64,000 nucleotides of DNA from Alphaproteobacteria bacterium (GTDB lineage Bacteria; Pseudomonadota; Alphaproteobacteria; UBA828), in the NCBI GenBank assembly GCA_965237415.1, contig CBDEFM010000002.1, positions 3,264,001-3,328,000 on the forward strand. Reading direction: 5' to 3'. The translations under genes and the position numbers were made by a program. Under the pieces are notes generated by a model, which was not told the origin of the DNA, ran no database searches, and saw nothing but the letters and a program-made list of their open reading frames with translations. Below, in pieces: positions 11,928 through 20,585 of this stretch. The first letter of the stretch is position 1, and each line of letters starts with the position of its first letter.

Positions 11928-13787
11928 ATGCAGCTAGACCCCATCACCTTCGAGGTGCTGCGCAACGCGTTGGGAAGCATGTGCGACGAGGGAAGCGAGT
12001 TGATCGCCCGCCTCGCCTATGCGCCGACCATCAGCGAGGGCCACGATCATTCCTGCGCGCTGCTGACGGCGGAAGGGCGACTGGTCGCCCACGGCAACCG
12101 GGATCAGGCACCCCACATCGGCTCCTTCGAGCCTTCGGTGCGGGTGGTGAAGGAGTGGGTGGGCGAATTCGAGCCAGGCGATATTTACATCTTCAACGAC
12201 CCCTACACCGGCGGCATCCACTGCAACGACGTGAAGCTGATCCGCCCGATCCATCACGAAGGCCGCCTCGTCGCCTTCAACTCCAGCACCGGCCACTGGC
12301 CCGATGTGGGCGGCGCGCTGCCCGGCAGCTTCAACCCGCGCGCGGTGGACTGCTACTCCGAGGGGCTGCGGATGCCGCCGATGCGGCTCTTCCACAACGG
12401 CGAGCTCGACCGCACGGTGATGACGCTGATCGAGTACAACATGCGCACCGGGCGCGAGCGCATCGCCGACATCCACGCCCAGCGACAGGCCGGTTCGCTG
12501 ATCGAGGACCGCCTGCTGGAGCTCTACGCCCGCCACGGGGCGGAGACCATCGAGGTGCTGTTCGAGGATATCTTCGACTACACGGAAGAGAGGTTCCGCG
12601 CCCGGGTCGCCCAGCTCCCGGACGGGGTGTACGAGTTCGAGGATTTCTCGGACAAGGACATCATGCATCCGGAGACGCCGCGTATCCGGGTGCACTGCCG
12701 GCTCACCATCGAGGGCGACCGCGCAAGCTTCGACTATCGCGGGAGCGACGCCGCCCCGGTGGGCCCCTTCGGCTTCCCCCGCGCCTCGCTGGAGACCGCG
12801 GTCTTCGACGGCACGCTCCACTGCTTCCCCAAGCTGGCGCCGCTCAACCACGGGTTGAGCCGCACAATAGAGGTTCTGTCGACGCCAGGGAGCTGCGTCC
12901 ACATCGAGGAGCCGACGCCGGCGTCCGGCTATGCGAGCGGGGCCTACGAGAAGGTTGCGGCGGTGACCATGGCCTGCTGGGCGGCGGCGTTCCAGGATGT
13001 CGAGCCGAAGCGCATGTACGCCGCCGGCATCAACCTCGCGAACCTCTGCATCGGCGGCGTCCATCCCAAGACCGGCAAGCACTACGTCAACTATCTCTGG
13101 AACGAGGGCGGCCAGGGCGCCCGCAGCTACAAGGACGGCAACCCCTTCCAGATGATGATCTTCATCGGCGGTGCCACCAACCAGCCGGTGGAGATCCTGG
13201 AGCGTTGGTATCCGCTGCTCTACACCAACTGCGAAGGGGTCACCGATTCCTGCGGGGACGGCACCTATCGCGGCGGGGTGGGGATCGACCGCAGCTTCAA
13301 GACCCTGGGCGCCATGACCATGACCATGCACGGCGATCGCGCCGAAGTAACCCCCTTCGGCCTCGCCGGCGGCACCAATGGCGGCCCTAACACGCTCAGG
13401 CTCCGCCGAGCGGCCTCGCCGGAGAAGGAAGAGGAGCTCGGCATGCACGCCATGGGCATCCAGCTCGCGCCCGGCGATCAGCTCATCTACCGCTCCAACG
13501 GCGGCGGCGGCTTCGGCGACCCCCGCGCCAGGGCGCCCGAGGCGGTGCTGGCTGATGTCGAGCAAGGCTGGATCACGCGGGAGAAGGCCGAGCGGGTCTA
13601 TGGCGTGGTGCTCGCGGGCGGCGACGGCACGGGCGAGCCCTTGTGCATCGACGAAGCGGCGACGGCGGCGCGGCGCGCTGACGGGGAGCGACCGGACGAA
13701 GGCTACGGCCCCGGCGAGGTGCATCCGCTGGGGCGGCTGCTCAAGGCACCGGGGAACGGCACGGACGCGCAGACACATCAATCGTGA
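11928..13787 (+). CDS. Hydantoinase B/oxoprolinase subunit B
   Basis: LDPITFEV, NDPYTGGIHCND, HWPDVGG, GGGGFGDP. Confidence 0.92.
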   Translation: MQLDPITFEVLRNALGSMCDEGSELIARLAYAPTISEGHDHSCALLTAEGRLVAHGNRDQAPHIGSFEPSVRVVKEWVGEFEPGDIYIFNDPYTGGIHCNDVKLIRPIHHEGRLVAFNSSTGHWPDVGGALPGSFNPRAVDCYSEGLRMPPMRLFHNGELDRTVMTLIEYNMRTGRERIADIHAQRQAGSLIEDRLLELYARHGAETIEVLFEDIFDYTEERFRARVAQLPDGVYEFEDFSDKDIMHPETPRIRVHCRLTIEGDRASFDYRGSDAAPVGPFGFPRASLETAVFDGTLHCFPKLAPLNHGLSRTIEVLSTPGSCVHIEEPTPASGYASGAYEKVAAVTMACWAAAFQDVEPKRMYAAGINLANLCIGGVHPKTGKHYVNYLWNEGGQGARSYKDGNPFQMMIFIGGATNQPVEILERWYPLLYTNCEGVTDSCGDGTYRGGVGIDRSFKTLGAMTMTMHGDRAEVTPFGLAGGTNGGPNTLRLRRAASPEKEEELGMHAMGIQLAPGDQLIYRSNGGGGFGDPRARAPEAVLADVEQGWITREKAERVYGVVLAGGDGTGEPLCIDEAATAARRADGERPDEGYGPGEVHPLGRLLKAPGNGTDAQTHQS

Positions 13788-13810
13788 GCTGACCGGAGGG
13801 GAGACAGCGC

Positions 13811-14833
13811 ATGGAGTTCGGGATTGCCTTCAAGGGCGACATAGGGATCGAGCGCACCATCGCGATCGCGCGCCAGTGCGAGGCGGCGGGCTTCGACTAT
13901 GTCTGGTTCTTCGATTCCCACATCCTCTGGTCCGACTGTTACACCAAGATTGCGGTCTGCATGGCGCATACCGAGCGGGTGCGCTTCGGGCCGCTGGTGA
14001 CCAACCCCAAGGTGCGCGACTGGTCGGTGGCGGGGAGCCTCTTCGCCACGCTGAGCGATATCGGGCGCGGGCGCTTCGACATCGCCGTCGGGCGCGGCGA
14101 CAGCTCCATGCGGGTCATGGGCAAGTCGCCGGCGACGCTCGCCTATACCGCCGAGTTCTGCGATGCGATGCGCAAGATGGTGGCGGGCGATACCGTGCAG
14201 TACGCGGATTGCCCGGAGCCCGTCTATATGGACTGGGTGGCCGGCCATCCCATGCCGGTCTGGTTCGCGGCCTATGGGCCGAAGGCGCTCAAGACCGCGG
14301 GCGAGGTCGGCGACGGGCTCATCATCCAGCTTGCCGACGTGGGTCTCTGCGAATGGTTCGGCGGTCAGGCCAAGGCGGCGGGCGAGGCCGCGGGCCGCGA
14401 CATGGCGGGCTACCGGGTGCTCTCGGCGGCGCCCGTCTGGGTCGGCGACAAGGAGGCCGGCGTCGCGCAGACCAAGTGGTTCCCGGCGCTGGTGGGTAAC
14501 CATGTGGCCGATATCGTGGAGAAATACGGCGCCGGCACCGACCTCGTGCCCGACAGCCTCACCGCCTATATCGAGGCGCGCCGCGGCGCGGGCGCCGGGG
14601 GCGCGGGCTACAACTACCGCCAGCACGCCGACAAGGTCTCCGACAACACCTATTACATCACGCCGGAGATCACCGATTCCTTCTGCATCCTGGGCGAGCC
14701 GGACGAGCACGTGGCCAAGCTCAAGGCGCTGGAGAAGGCCGGTGTCACCCAGTTCACCATCTACCTCACCAACGGCGCGGAGGAGCGCATCGTCGCTGAC
14801 TACGGCGACCACGTGATCCCGCATTTTCGGTGA
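13811..14833 (+). CDS. LLM-class, probably F420-dependent oxidoreductase (TIGR03842-like)
   Basis: FDSHILW, GPLVTNP, GRGDSS, AAYGPKAL, VGNHVADIV match the TIGR03842 pattern as recalled. Confidence 0.75.
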   Translation: MEFGIAFKGDIGIERTIAIARQCEAAGFDYVWFFDSHILWSDCYTKIAVCMAHTERVRFGPLVTNPKVRDWSVAGSLFATLSDIGRGRFDIAVGRGDSSMRVMGKSPATLAYTAEFCDAMRKMVAGDTVQYADCPEPVYMDWVAGHPMPVWFAAYGPKALKTAGEVGDGLIIQLADVGLCEWFGGQAKAAGEAAGRDMAGYRVLSAAPVWVGDKEAGVAQTKWFPALVGNHVADIVEKYGAGTDLVPDSLTAYIEARRGAGAGGAGYNYRQHADKVSDNTYYITPEITDSFCILGEPDEHVAKLKALEKAGVTQFTIYLTNGAEERIVADYGDHVIPHFR

Positions 14834-14846
14834 GGGGCCGGCACAG

Positions 14847-15233
14847 TCAGAGCGCCCGGATCGGCCCCGGATAGCGCGCGAGCGTAGAATCAGCCGTCAA
14901 CAGGGTTAGGCCCTCGATCCGGGCCTGCGCGACCAGGATGCGGTCGAACGGGTCCTTGTGGATGGGCGGTAGCAGGTCTACGGCCGTCGCATGGGCGCCG
15001 GTTATGGGCAGCTCCCGATAGTCGCGCTCCAAAAGGTTCCGGCGCAACAGGCGCGGGTCCACGCTGAACGCTCTCCGCCCGAGGCTGTTCTTGATCGCAA
15101 TTTCCCAGAGGGACGCGGCGCTGAACACCAGCTCCGTCGCGGGATCCTCCATCAAGGCGAGCGCATCGGCCGGCAATCGATGCGGTTCACCCGCCGCCCA
15201 GAGCAGGACGTGTGTGTCCAGCAGAAGCCTCAC
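14847..15233 (-). CDS. vapC: VapC-family PIN-domain toxin
   Basis: MRLLLDTHVLLW, SAASLWEIAIK, HKDPFDRILVAQA. Confidence 0.92.
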   Translation of the reverse strand: MRLLLDTHVLLWAAGEPHRLPADALALMEDPATELVFSAASLWEIAIKNSLGRRAFSVDPRLLRRNLLERDYRELPITGAHATAVDLLPPIHKDPFDRILVAQARIEGLTLLTADSTLARYPGPIRAL

Positions 15234-15475
15234 TCTTCGCCGCTGAACATGGCCTCGATCTCGGCGGCGCCGATGCGGTCGAAGTCCTCCGGAATCGTGA
15301 CTTGCCCTTCCATGAACCCGAGCCGGGTCATCTTGTCGGTCGCCGGCGTATCCACCGCGACCACCTTGACCAATGGCTTGCCCGCGCGCGCGATGATGAA
15401 CGGCTCGCCGGCAGCCGCGTCAGCCACAAGACGCGAAAGCTGAGTCTTTGCTTCGTGCATATTGACAGTGCGCAT
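15230..15475 (-). CDS. Phd/YefM-family antitoxin
   Basis: VNMHEAKTQLSRLV...GEPFIIARAGKP; 4-bp overlap with the toxin. Confidence 0.92.
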   Translation of the reverse strand: MRTVNMHEAKTQLSRLVADAAAGEPFIIARAGKPLVKVVAVDTPATDKMTRLGFMEGQVTIPEDFDRIGAAEIEAMFSGEE

Positions 15476-15489
15476 GGCGGCATCCCTCG

Positions 15490-15520
15490 AACTTAGTCCA
15501 ATAAACTTAGTTTATTATAC
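15490..15520 (-). promoter_or_regulatory. TA promoter/operator
   Basis: Palindrome AATAAACT-T-AGTTTATT (15500-15516), direct repeat AACTTAGT x2, and a perfect TATAAT -10 on the minus strand. Confidence 0.65.
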
Positions 15521-15551
15521 CGGTCCGCGCAAGGCCCATCTAAGCCGCCCC

Positions 15552-16553
15552 CTAATCCAGCCGCACCACCTCGCCGGTGGTGGCGGAGTGCTCGGCGGCG
15601 AGCGTCGTCCGCACCGCCTCCATCGATTCCTCGGGCGTGATGATGCTGGGCGGCGTGCCGTCGCGGACACAGCGGGCGAAGTAGAGGAACTCCTCCCTGA
15701 GCGCTCCCGAGAGCGCGCCGTGCAGCTCGGGCCAGTAGGTGGTGTCGGGGCTCCTGAATCCGTCCTTCGTGCAGATGCCGATGTTGGGGAAGGTGTCCTG
15801 GATATGGATGAAGCCTTCCGTGCCGATGATCGACATGCGCTCGTCGATATCAAAGGGCGTTTTTTCGGGCATGCACCAGACCGTCTCCAGCGTCGCCGTC
15901 GCGCCGGAATCGAAGCGGTACATGGTCTGCCCGATATCCGGATATTTCAGGCCGCGTACGTCCACCGTCTGGGCGTAGGCGCTCACCACCTTGGCGCCGG
16001 TGAACCACAGCATCAGGTCGGTGTCGTGGATGGCGTCGCCGATGATCGGCCCGATCTTATTGAGGATCTCGGGCGTCCACGCCGCCGGGATGTTGCGCCG
16101 TGAGCTGAGCGCCACGATGCGGCCGATGTTGCCGGCCTCGATCTCGCGCTTGGCCGCGGCGTAGCGCGGGTTGAAGCGGCAGATGTGCCCCACCATGAGG
16201 AAGCCCGGCGCCGCCTCCGCCGCAGCCACGATGCGCGCGCAGTCGTCTGTCGTGGACGCCATCGGCTTTTCGAGGAAGACGTGCTTGCCCGCCGCGAGCG
16301 CGGCCAGCGTGGGCTCGGTGTGCTGGTCCCACATGGTGACGATGCTGACGGCGTCGAGGTCGCTCCGCCCCAGCAGCGCGCGGTAGTCGGTCTCCAGCAC
16401 CCCGACCCCGTACTTGCGGCCGAGGTCCTTGAGCCGCGATTCGGTCCTCGTGCAAAGCCCGGCGAGCTCCAGGCCCGGCGTCGCCTGGATCGCGTCGCAA
16501 TGGACCTCGCCGAACCAACCGAGGCCGATCACGCCGATGCGCACGCTCTCCAT
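15552..16553 (-). CDS. Gfo/Idh/MocA-family oxidoreductase
   Basis: [36 protein letters not shown]. Confidence 0.9.
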   Translation of the reverse strand: MESVRIGVIGLGWFGEVHCDAIQATPGLELAGLCTRTESRLKDLGRKYGVGVLETDYRALLGRSDLDAVSIVTMWDQHTEPTLAALAAGKHVFLEKPMASTTDDCARIVAAAEAAPGFLMVGHICRFNPRYAAAKREIEAGNIGRIVALSSRRNIPAAWTPEILNKIGPIIGDAIHDTDLMLWFTGAKVVSAYAQTVDVRGLKYPDIGQTMYRFDSGATATLETVWCMPEKTPFDIDERMSIIGTEGFIHIQDTFPNIGICTKDGFRSPDTTYWPELHGALSGALREEFLYFARCVRDGTPPSIITPEESMEAVRTTLAAEHSATTGEVVRLD

Positions 16554-16582
16554 GGCGGTGCCCTCCCGCCCGGCGGCGCCGC

Positions 16583-17164
16583 TCAGGCGGCCTCTTCCTT
16601 CTGCGCGGTGAAGGTGAGGCCCTTGGCCGCGAACTTCTCCTTCACGCCAGCCTGGATCGCGTCGAGCTTGACGGCAGTGGACGGCGACATGTCGATATCG
16701 GTCATGTCGTGCGTGCCGCCGGTGATCAGCACCTGCAGGATGCCTTCCTCCTCGCCGATGTTACGGAAGGCGCGGTTGACCTTGGGCGGGACCGAGATGG
16801 TGTCGAACTCGTCGAGCTCGACCCGCCCGTTGCCGTCGTCGTTCCACGTCAACTCGAAGCGGCCCTTGAGCACGGTGAAGGTCTCGTAGGTCTGGTGATG
16901 GGCGTGGAGCGAGGGGCCCTGGCCCGGCGGGCAGACGGCGAGCGTCATGGTCATGCCGGCGGCGTCCACGATGGGGGCGCCGGTGTTGATCGGCGTCTCC
17001 ACATCGCCGCTAAGGCCGATGACGGAGAGCAGCTTGCGCGCGTAGATGACATCGTTGGCCTCCAGCGGGATCTCCGGGTCCTGCTGGATCGGCAGCGGCT
17101 CCAGCGCGTCGTAGCGCGATATCCGGCTCTTCATCTCGTCGGGTGTGATCTCGATCGTCTTCAT
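16583..17164 (-). CDS. Cupin-domain protein
   Basis: [18 protein letters not shown]...[12 protein letters not shown] cupin motifs; ATG 17164 after a GGAGG RBS. Confidence 0.8.
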   Translation of the reverse strand: MKTIEITPDEMKSRISRYDALEPLPIQQDPEIPLEANDVIYARKLLSVIGLSGDVETPINTGAPIVDAAGMTMTLAVCPPGQGPSLHAHHQTYETFTVLKGRFELTWNDDGNGRVELDEFDTISVPPKVNRAFRNIGEEEGILQVLITGGTHDMTDIDMSPSTAVKLDAIQAGVKEKFAAKGLTFTAQKEEAA

Positions 17165-17186
17165 AGCATCCTCCCTGGCGCGCACC

Positions 17187-17553
17187 TCGGCGCCGCACCC
17201 GGAATGGTAGAGCCTTCGGCGCCGGATTGGAATCGCCTGCGCGCGGGCCTGCGCGTCTGGCGAGGGGAGGGCGGGATATGGATTCGACTAATTTCCAATC
17301 GGGATTCGCCGGGATTAAGTGGGATTAAGTGGGATAAGTGGGATTCTGCGGGGCAAGGTCGCGCAAGTCCGCAGGGTCTTGCGCGCGGGATATCGCCCGC
17401 GCCTGAATGGTCGCGGGCGCAGAATATAGGATCGCGCACGCCCGCTCTTCTTGCCCGTCGCGGCCCGTCCGCTCTTGCTATGCATGGTCTCGCGCCGCAT
17501 GGCGCGACGATGGCGCCCCCGCCCTGCCCCGTGCACCGCACCATGGTGCGGGC
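17187..17553 (+). repeat. Dispersed direct-repeat element, copy A, with GGGATTAAGT array
   Basis: Aligns by eye with 17942-18373: shared left block ...GGTAGAGC..CCGGATT(T)GGAATCGCCTG.GCGCG.GCCTGCGC...GGGATTCG.CGGGATTAAGTGGGATAAGTGGGATTC and right block GCAT.GCGCGACGATGGCGC.CCCGCC...GTGC.CCGCACCATGGT..GGGC. Boundaries approximate. Confidence 0.8.
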
Positions 17554-17590
17554 TTCCGGGGGCAGACTGCTACTCTGGGGCTTCGGCCGT

Positions 17591-17626
17591 GAAGCCACGG
17601 ATGTCGATCTGGTCGACTACCACTAC
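17591..17626 (+). pseudogene. 3' remnant of a HigB/RelE-family toxin gene
   Basis: Encodes [11 protein letters not shown], the characteristic HigB C-terminus, directly before the higA RBS. The expected stop reads TAC and the upstream part is missing. Confidence 0.7.
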
Positions 17627-17644
17627 GAACAGGAGGACCGCAGC

Positions 17645-17935
17645 ATGCCAATGAAGAACCCGCCGCATCCGGGTCTGTCCGTGCGTCATGACTGTCTCGA
17701 GCCACTGGGCCTCAGTGTGACAGAAGTAGCGCGCAAGCTGGGTGTCAGTCGCAAGCAACTCTCGGACATCGTAAATTGCCGCTCCGGCATCTCGCCTGAG
17801 ATGGCGATTCGCCTCGACAAGGCTTTCGGCGGCGGAGCCGATACGTGGTACCGGCTCCAGTCGACCTGGGAGCTGGCCCAGGCGCTGAAGAAGGCGGATC
17901 ACATCAAGGTCGAGCGTCTCTCGCCCGCCGCGTGA
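17645..17935 (+). CDS. higA: HigA-family addiction-module antitoxin (HTH)
   Basis: [10 protein letters not shown]...[38 protein letters not shown]; AGGAGG RBS. Confidence 0.92.
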   Translation: MPMKNPPHPGLSVRHDCLEPLGLSVTEVARKLGVSRKQLSDIVNCRSGISPEMAIRLDKAFGGGADTWYRLQSTWELAQALKKADHIKVERLSPAA

Positions 17936-17941
17936 CGCTCC

Positions 17942-18373
17942 CGAGTGCCGCGCCCGAAACGGTAGAGCGATCGACTCCGGATTTGGAATCGCCTGTGCGC
18001 GAGCCTGCGCACCTTGCGCGTCCGGCGAGACGCGGGTGGGACACGAATTTGTTTAGTTTTGATGCGGGATTCGGCGGGATTAAGTGGGATAAGTGGGATT
18101 CCAAAGGTCGGACGGCGCCCGTCCTCGACAACGCTGGTGACGACGCTGCGGGCCTGTCGCGCACGCGGGAAGGGTCGTGCGCGCGGGGTAGGGTCTACAC
18201 GCCCGTGTCGCGCGCGCCTGCAAGGTCTCGCGCGCCGTTTCATTGCGCTCACCCCGGCCTGCTCGCCATTGCGCTCACCCCGGCCTTCTCGCCATTGCGC
18301 TGCGTGGCCTTGCACTGCATCGCGCGACGATGGCGCACCCGCCGCCCGCTGTGCTCCGCACCATGGTCTGGGC
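17942..18373 (+). repeat. Dispersed direct-repeat element, copy B
   Basis: Homologous to copy A with one fewer GGGATTAAGT unit and a different middle, which includes a 26-bp tandem duplication. Confidence 0.8.
18241..18301 (+). repeat. 26-bp tandem repeat (2.3 copies)
   Basis: CATTGCGCTCACCCCGGCCTGCTCGC / CATTGCGCTCACCCCGGCCTTCTCGC / CATTGCGCT. Confidence 0.9.
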
Positions 18374-18420
18374 AAGTGTCCTGTTCGAGAAGCTCCCATG
18401 CGTTTACATTGTATCCCCTT

Positions 18421-18517
18421 CCGTCATGGCCGGACGTGTTCCGGCCATCCATGTGTTTGCCCAGCGTCCGGCGGGTCTGGCTTCTGGAGATGCCCGGAAC
18501 AAGTCCGGGCATGACGG
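18421..18517. repeat. CGTC-tagged REP-like palindromic dimer
   Basis: CCGTCATGGCCGGACGTGTTCCGGCCATCC...GATGCCCGGAACAAGTCCGGGCATGACGG: two inverted hairpin units of the common alphaproteobacterial GTCATGGCCGGGCTTGACCCGGCCATC type. Confidence 0.8.
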
Positions 18518-18601
18518 CGTGTGGGAGTGGTCGCGGTCGAGAGAATGTTCACCCATCCAACAACAACCGAATTTTGGATATTGGATATTAGAACGTCGGT
18601 A

Positions 18602-19231
18602 TCAATCCGCGTCCGGGCTGCCGCGCTCGTAGAGTTCTTCCCTGGTCCAGACGCACTTCATGAAGTTGAATCGCTCATGGTCTTGGAAGACATACTGCGA
18701 ATCTTCCTTTTCGTCTTCCGTGGTCCACGGCAAGCGATAGCCAAGCCATACCGTTTCGAATGGCTCTGATTCGCGAGGAGTTCCGCATAGCAGGTCTCGT
18801 ATACGTCTTTCCGCTTCGACTCTTGTACCGCGTGTGGTTAGAGGATGGTGGAGCACAACCAACAGATGCCCTCGTCCTTGACGTTTCACCAGTGCTGAAT
18901 ACTTGCTTCGCTTGTTTTCAACCAGCTCTACAGCTTTTGCTCCCACGACCGCATCCGGTTCCAAATATCCCTTTCCTTGCTGGTCTTCAGGCCCGCTCCC
19001 CCACAGCCATTTCGCTTCATCAGAGTCGTAATAGACGCCCGTCACTTCGCCCCAAGCCTTGATTTCGGTTCCGTCCTCCTTTCGTATGTGGAAATCAACG
19101 TCAGGCGGGTCTTGATTCGGGCGATTTGACTGTATCCGAGCGTTCAGGCGTTGCGCTAACGCGACGGCCCACCACTTTCCCCAATATTCTTCGTGTTGGC
19201 GCTGAAGCTGCTTACGGTCGTGTGGTTGCAT
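18602..19231 (-). CDS. Hypothetical protein, possible PD-(D/E)XK nuclease-like fold, AT-richer than host
   Basis: 209-aa frame from ATG 19231 with an E...PPDVDF...GEVT pattern. Function is inference only. Confidence 0.55.
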   Translation of the reverse strand: MQPHDRKQLQRQHEEYWGKWWAVALAQRLNARIQSNRPNQDPPDVDFHIRKEDGTEIKAWGEVTGVYYDSDEAKWLWGSGPEDQQGKGYLEPDAVVGAKAVELVENKRSKYSALVKRQGRGHLLVVLHHPLTTRGTRVEAERRIRDLLCGTPRESEPFETVWLGYRLPWTTEDEKEDSQYVFQDHERFNFMKCVWTREELYERGSPDAD

Positions 19232-19259
19232 GTCCGTTCCCGAAATAGGGCGTTCATAG

Positions 19260-19314
19260 ATGGCCGCGTTGAACAGGTAGACCGGGACGTTCGTGTCCAG
19301 CAAGTGCTACTCAA
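19260..19314 (-). pseudogene. 5' remnant of a PIN-domain (VapC) toxin
   Basis: LLDTNVPVYLFNA immediately after the antitoxin stop resembles the PIN start FLDTNVLVYLFD. Similarity stops after ~14 codons and the overlapping TTG start is out of frame. Confidence 0.6.
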
Positions 19315-19538
19315 CGCCCTTGCAAATCGTCTCGGTTCCAGACGGCACCACCGCGCCGCGAGCGAGAGGCGCGCGAGAGCGCCAGCAACCGCTCGCAGGC
19401 GTCGTCGCGGCGACGATCGACACCAGCATAGGTTGCGAGGTACGTCCGGACCACGGCATTGACGGAGGTGTTCTCCTCTATCGCGCGGATGCGAGCGCGC
19501 TCGAGGATGTCGTCGTCGACCACGATGGTAAGGATCAT
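19311..19538 (-). CDS. Ribbon-helix-helix antitoxin (DUF6364/VapB-like)
   Basis: LTIVVDDDILERARIRAIEENTSVNAVVRTYL...WNRDDL; upstream palindrome ACACG-GATTT-CGTGT (19555-19569). Confidence 0.75.
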   Translation of the reverse strand: MILTIVVDDDILERARIRAIEENTSVNAVVRTYLATYAGVDRRRDDACERLLALSRASRSRRGGAVWNRDDLQGR

Positions 19539-19648
19539 CACTCCGCCTCCGGCAACACGGATTTCGTGTAGCACGGAATCTGCTTTAGGGCCGAACTGGC
19601 GTCAGATTTTCCGCGCGTGGCCTTCCCAGAAGCGCCCGCGCCCCCGCC

Positions 19649-20563
19649 TCAAGCCTCACGCGACGTGATCGGATCGACGATGTTGAGGCGCGTGATGAAG
19701 CGCTGAAAGACGAGGGCCAGCACCAGCGGCGGGACGACCGAGAGCGTGCTCGCCGCTGCGAATAGTGTGATGTTTTGCGAGACCGTCTGCAGCGCTGGCG
19801 AGAGGGTCTGGGCGGTGCTGCCGCCGGTCAGGATGATGCCGAACAAGAGCTCGTTCCAGCAGAACAGGAACGCGATGATGAAGGCGGCGCTGATTCCGGG
19901 CATCGCCATCGGGATCATCACGTGCCGAAGCACCCCGAGCCGGCTGCAGCCGTCGATCCGCGCGGAGCGCTCGATATCGGCCGGCAGCGTCGCGAAGTAG
20001 CCCATCAGAATCCAGGCGAGCAGCGGGGTGATGCCGGTCAGGTAGGTCAGGATCAAGCTACCCTGATTGCCGATCAGACCGAGGGACTGAAAGAACATGT
20101 AGTACGGGATGAGGATCGCGATCGGCGGCAACACACGCGTGAGGAGGAGGGCGAAGAGCAAACCCATTCGGCCCGAAAACTCGAACCGCCCGAAGGCGTA
20201 GCCCGCGACGGTCGCGATGGCGGTCGCGATCAGGGCGGTCGGCAGCGCCACGATCAGGCTGTTGAGGAAGCCGAGGCCGATCTGCCTGGTTTGCCCGCCG
20301 AAAAGCGCATCCGTCTCCGCGACGCCGACGATGCGCGCATAGTTGTCGAGGGTCGGCCGATCGATGGTCTGGACGATGCCCTCGACAATCTCGGGCTTGG
20401 TCATGAGCGAGGCCCAGACCATCCAGAAAAATGGAACGACCGTCCACAGGACGACGAGGATGCCGGCCGCGATCACATAGAGCTTGAGCCGGCTGTTTCC
20501 GCTCAAGGCGGCCCAGCGCGCCCGCGCTCGACGCAAACCGTCGCGGGGCCTGACCGCTATCAT
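19649..20563 (-). CDS. Carbohydrate ABC transporter permease (MalG-like)
   Basis: NSLIVA, AGYAFGRF, EAA-loop IERSARIDGCS, FLFCWNE. Confidence 0.88.
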   Translation of the reverse strand: MIAVRPRDGLRRARARWAALSGNSRLKLYVIAAGILVVLWTVVPFFWMVWASLMTKPEIVEGIVQTIDRPTLDNYARIVGVAETDALFGGQTRQIGLGFLNSLIVALPTALIATAIATVAGYAFGRFEFSGRMGLLFALLLTRVLPPIAILIPYYMFFQSLGLIGNQGSLILTYLTGITPLLAWILMGYFATLPADIERSARIDGCSRLGVLRHVMIPMAMPGISAAFIIAFLFCWNELLFGIILTGGSTAQTLSPALQTVSQNITLFAAASTLSVVPPLVLALVFQRFITRLNIVDPITSREA

Positions 20564-20585
20564 TCGCCGGGCCGGCGGCCCAGGC

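Noticed and set aside
3506-13781. Very long antisense ORFs (e.g. 3506-6319, 9599-11980, 11934-13781; also 23800-28007)
   Set aside because: Shadow frames of high-GC genes with no recognisable motifs; the opposite strand carries clear families.
16709-17935. 408-aa fusion ORF ending in HigA
   Set aside because: Read-through across the cupin antisense strand and a repeat; the real start is ATG 17645 with an AGGAGG RBS.
17301-18301. CRISPR array or telomeric repeat
   Set aside because: Repeats are contiguous with no unique spacers, no cas genes are present, and GGGATT is not a permutation of TTAGGG.
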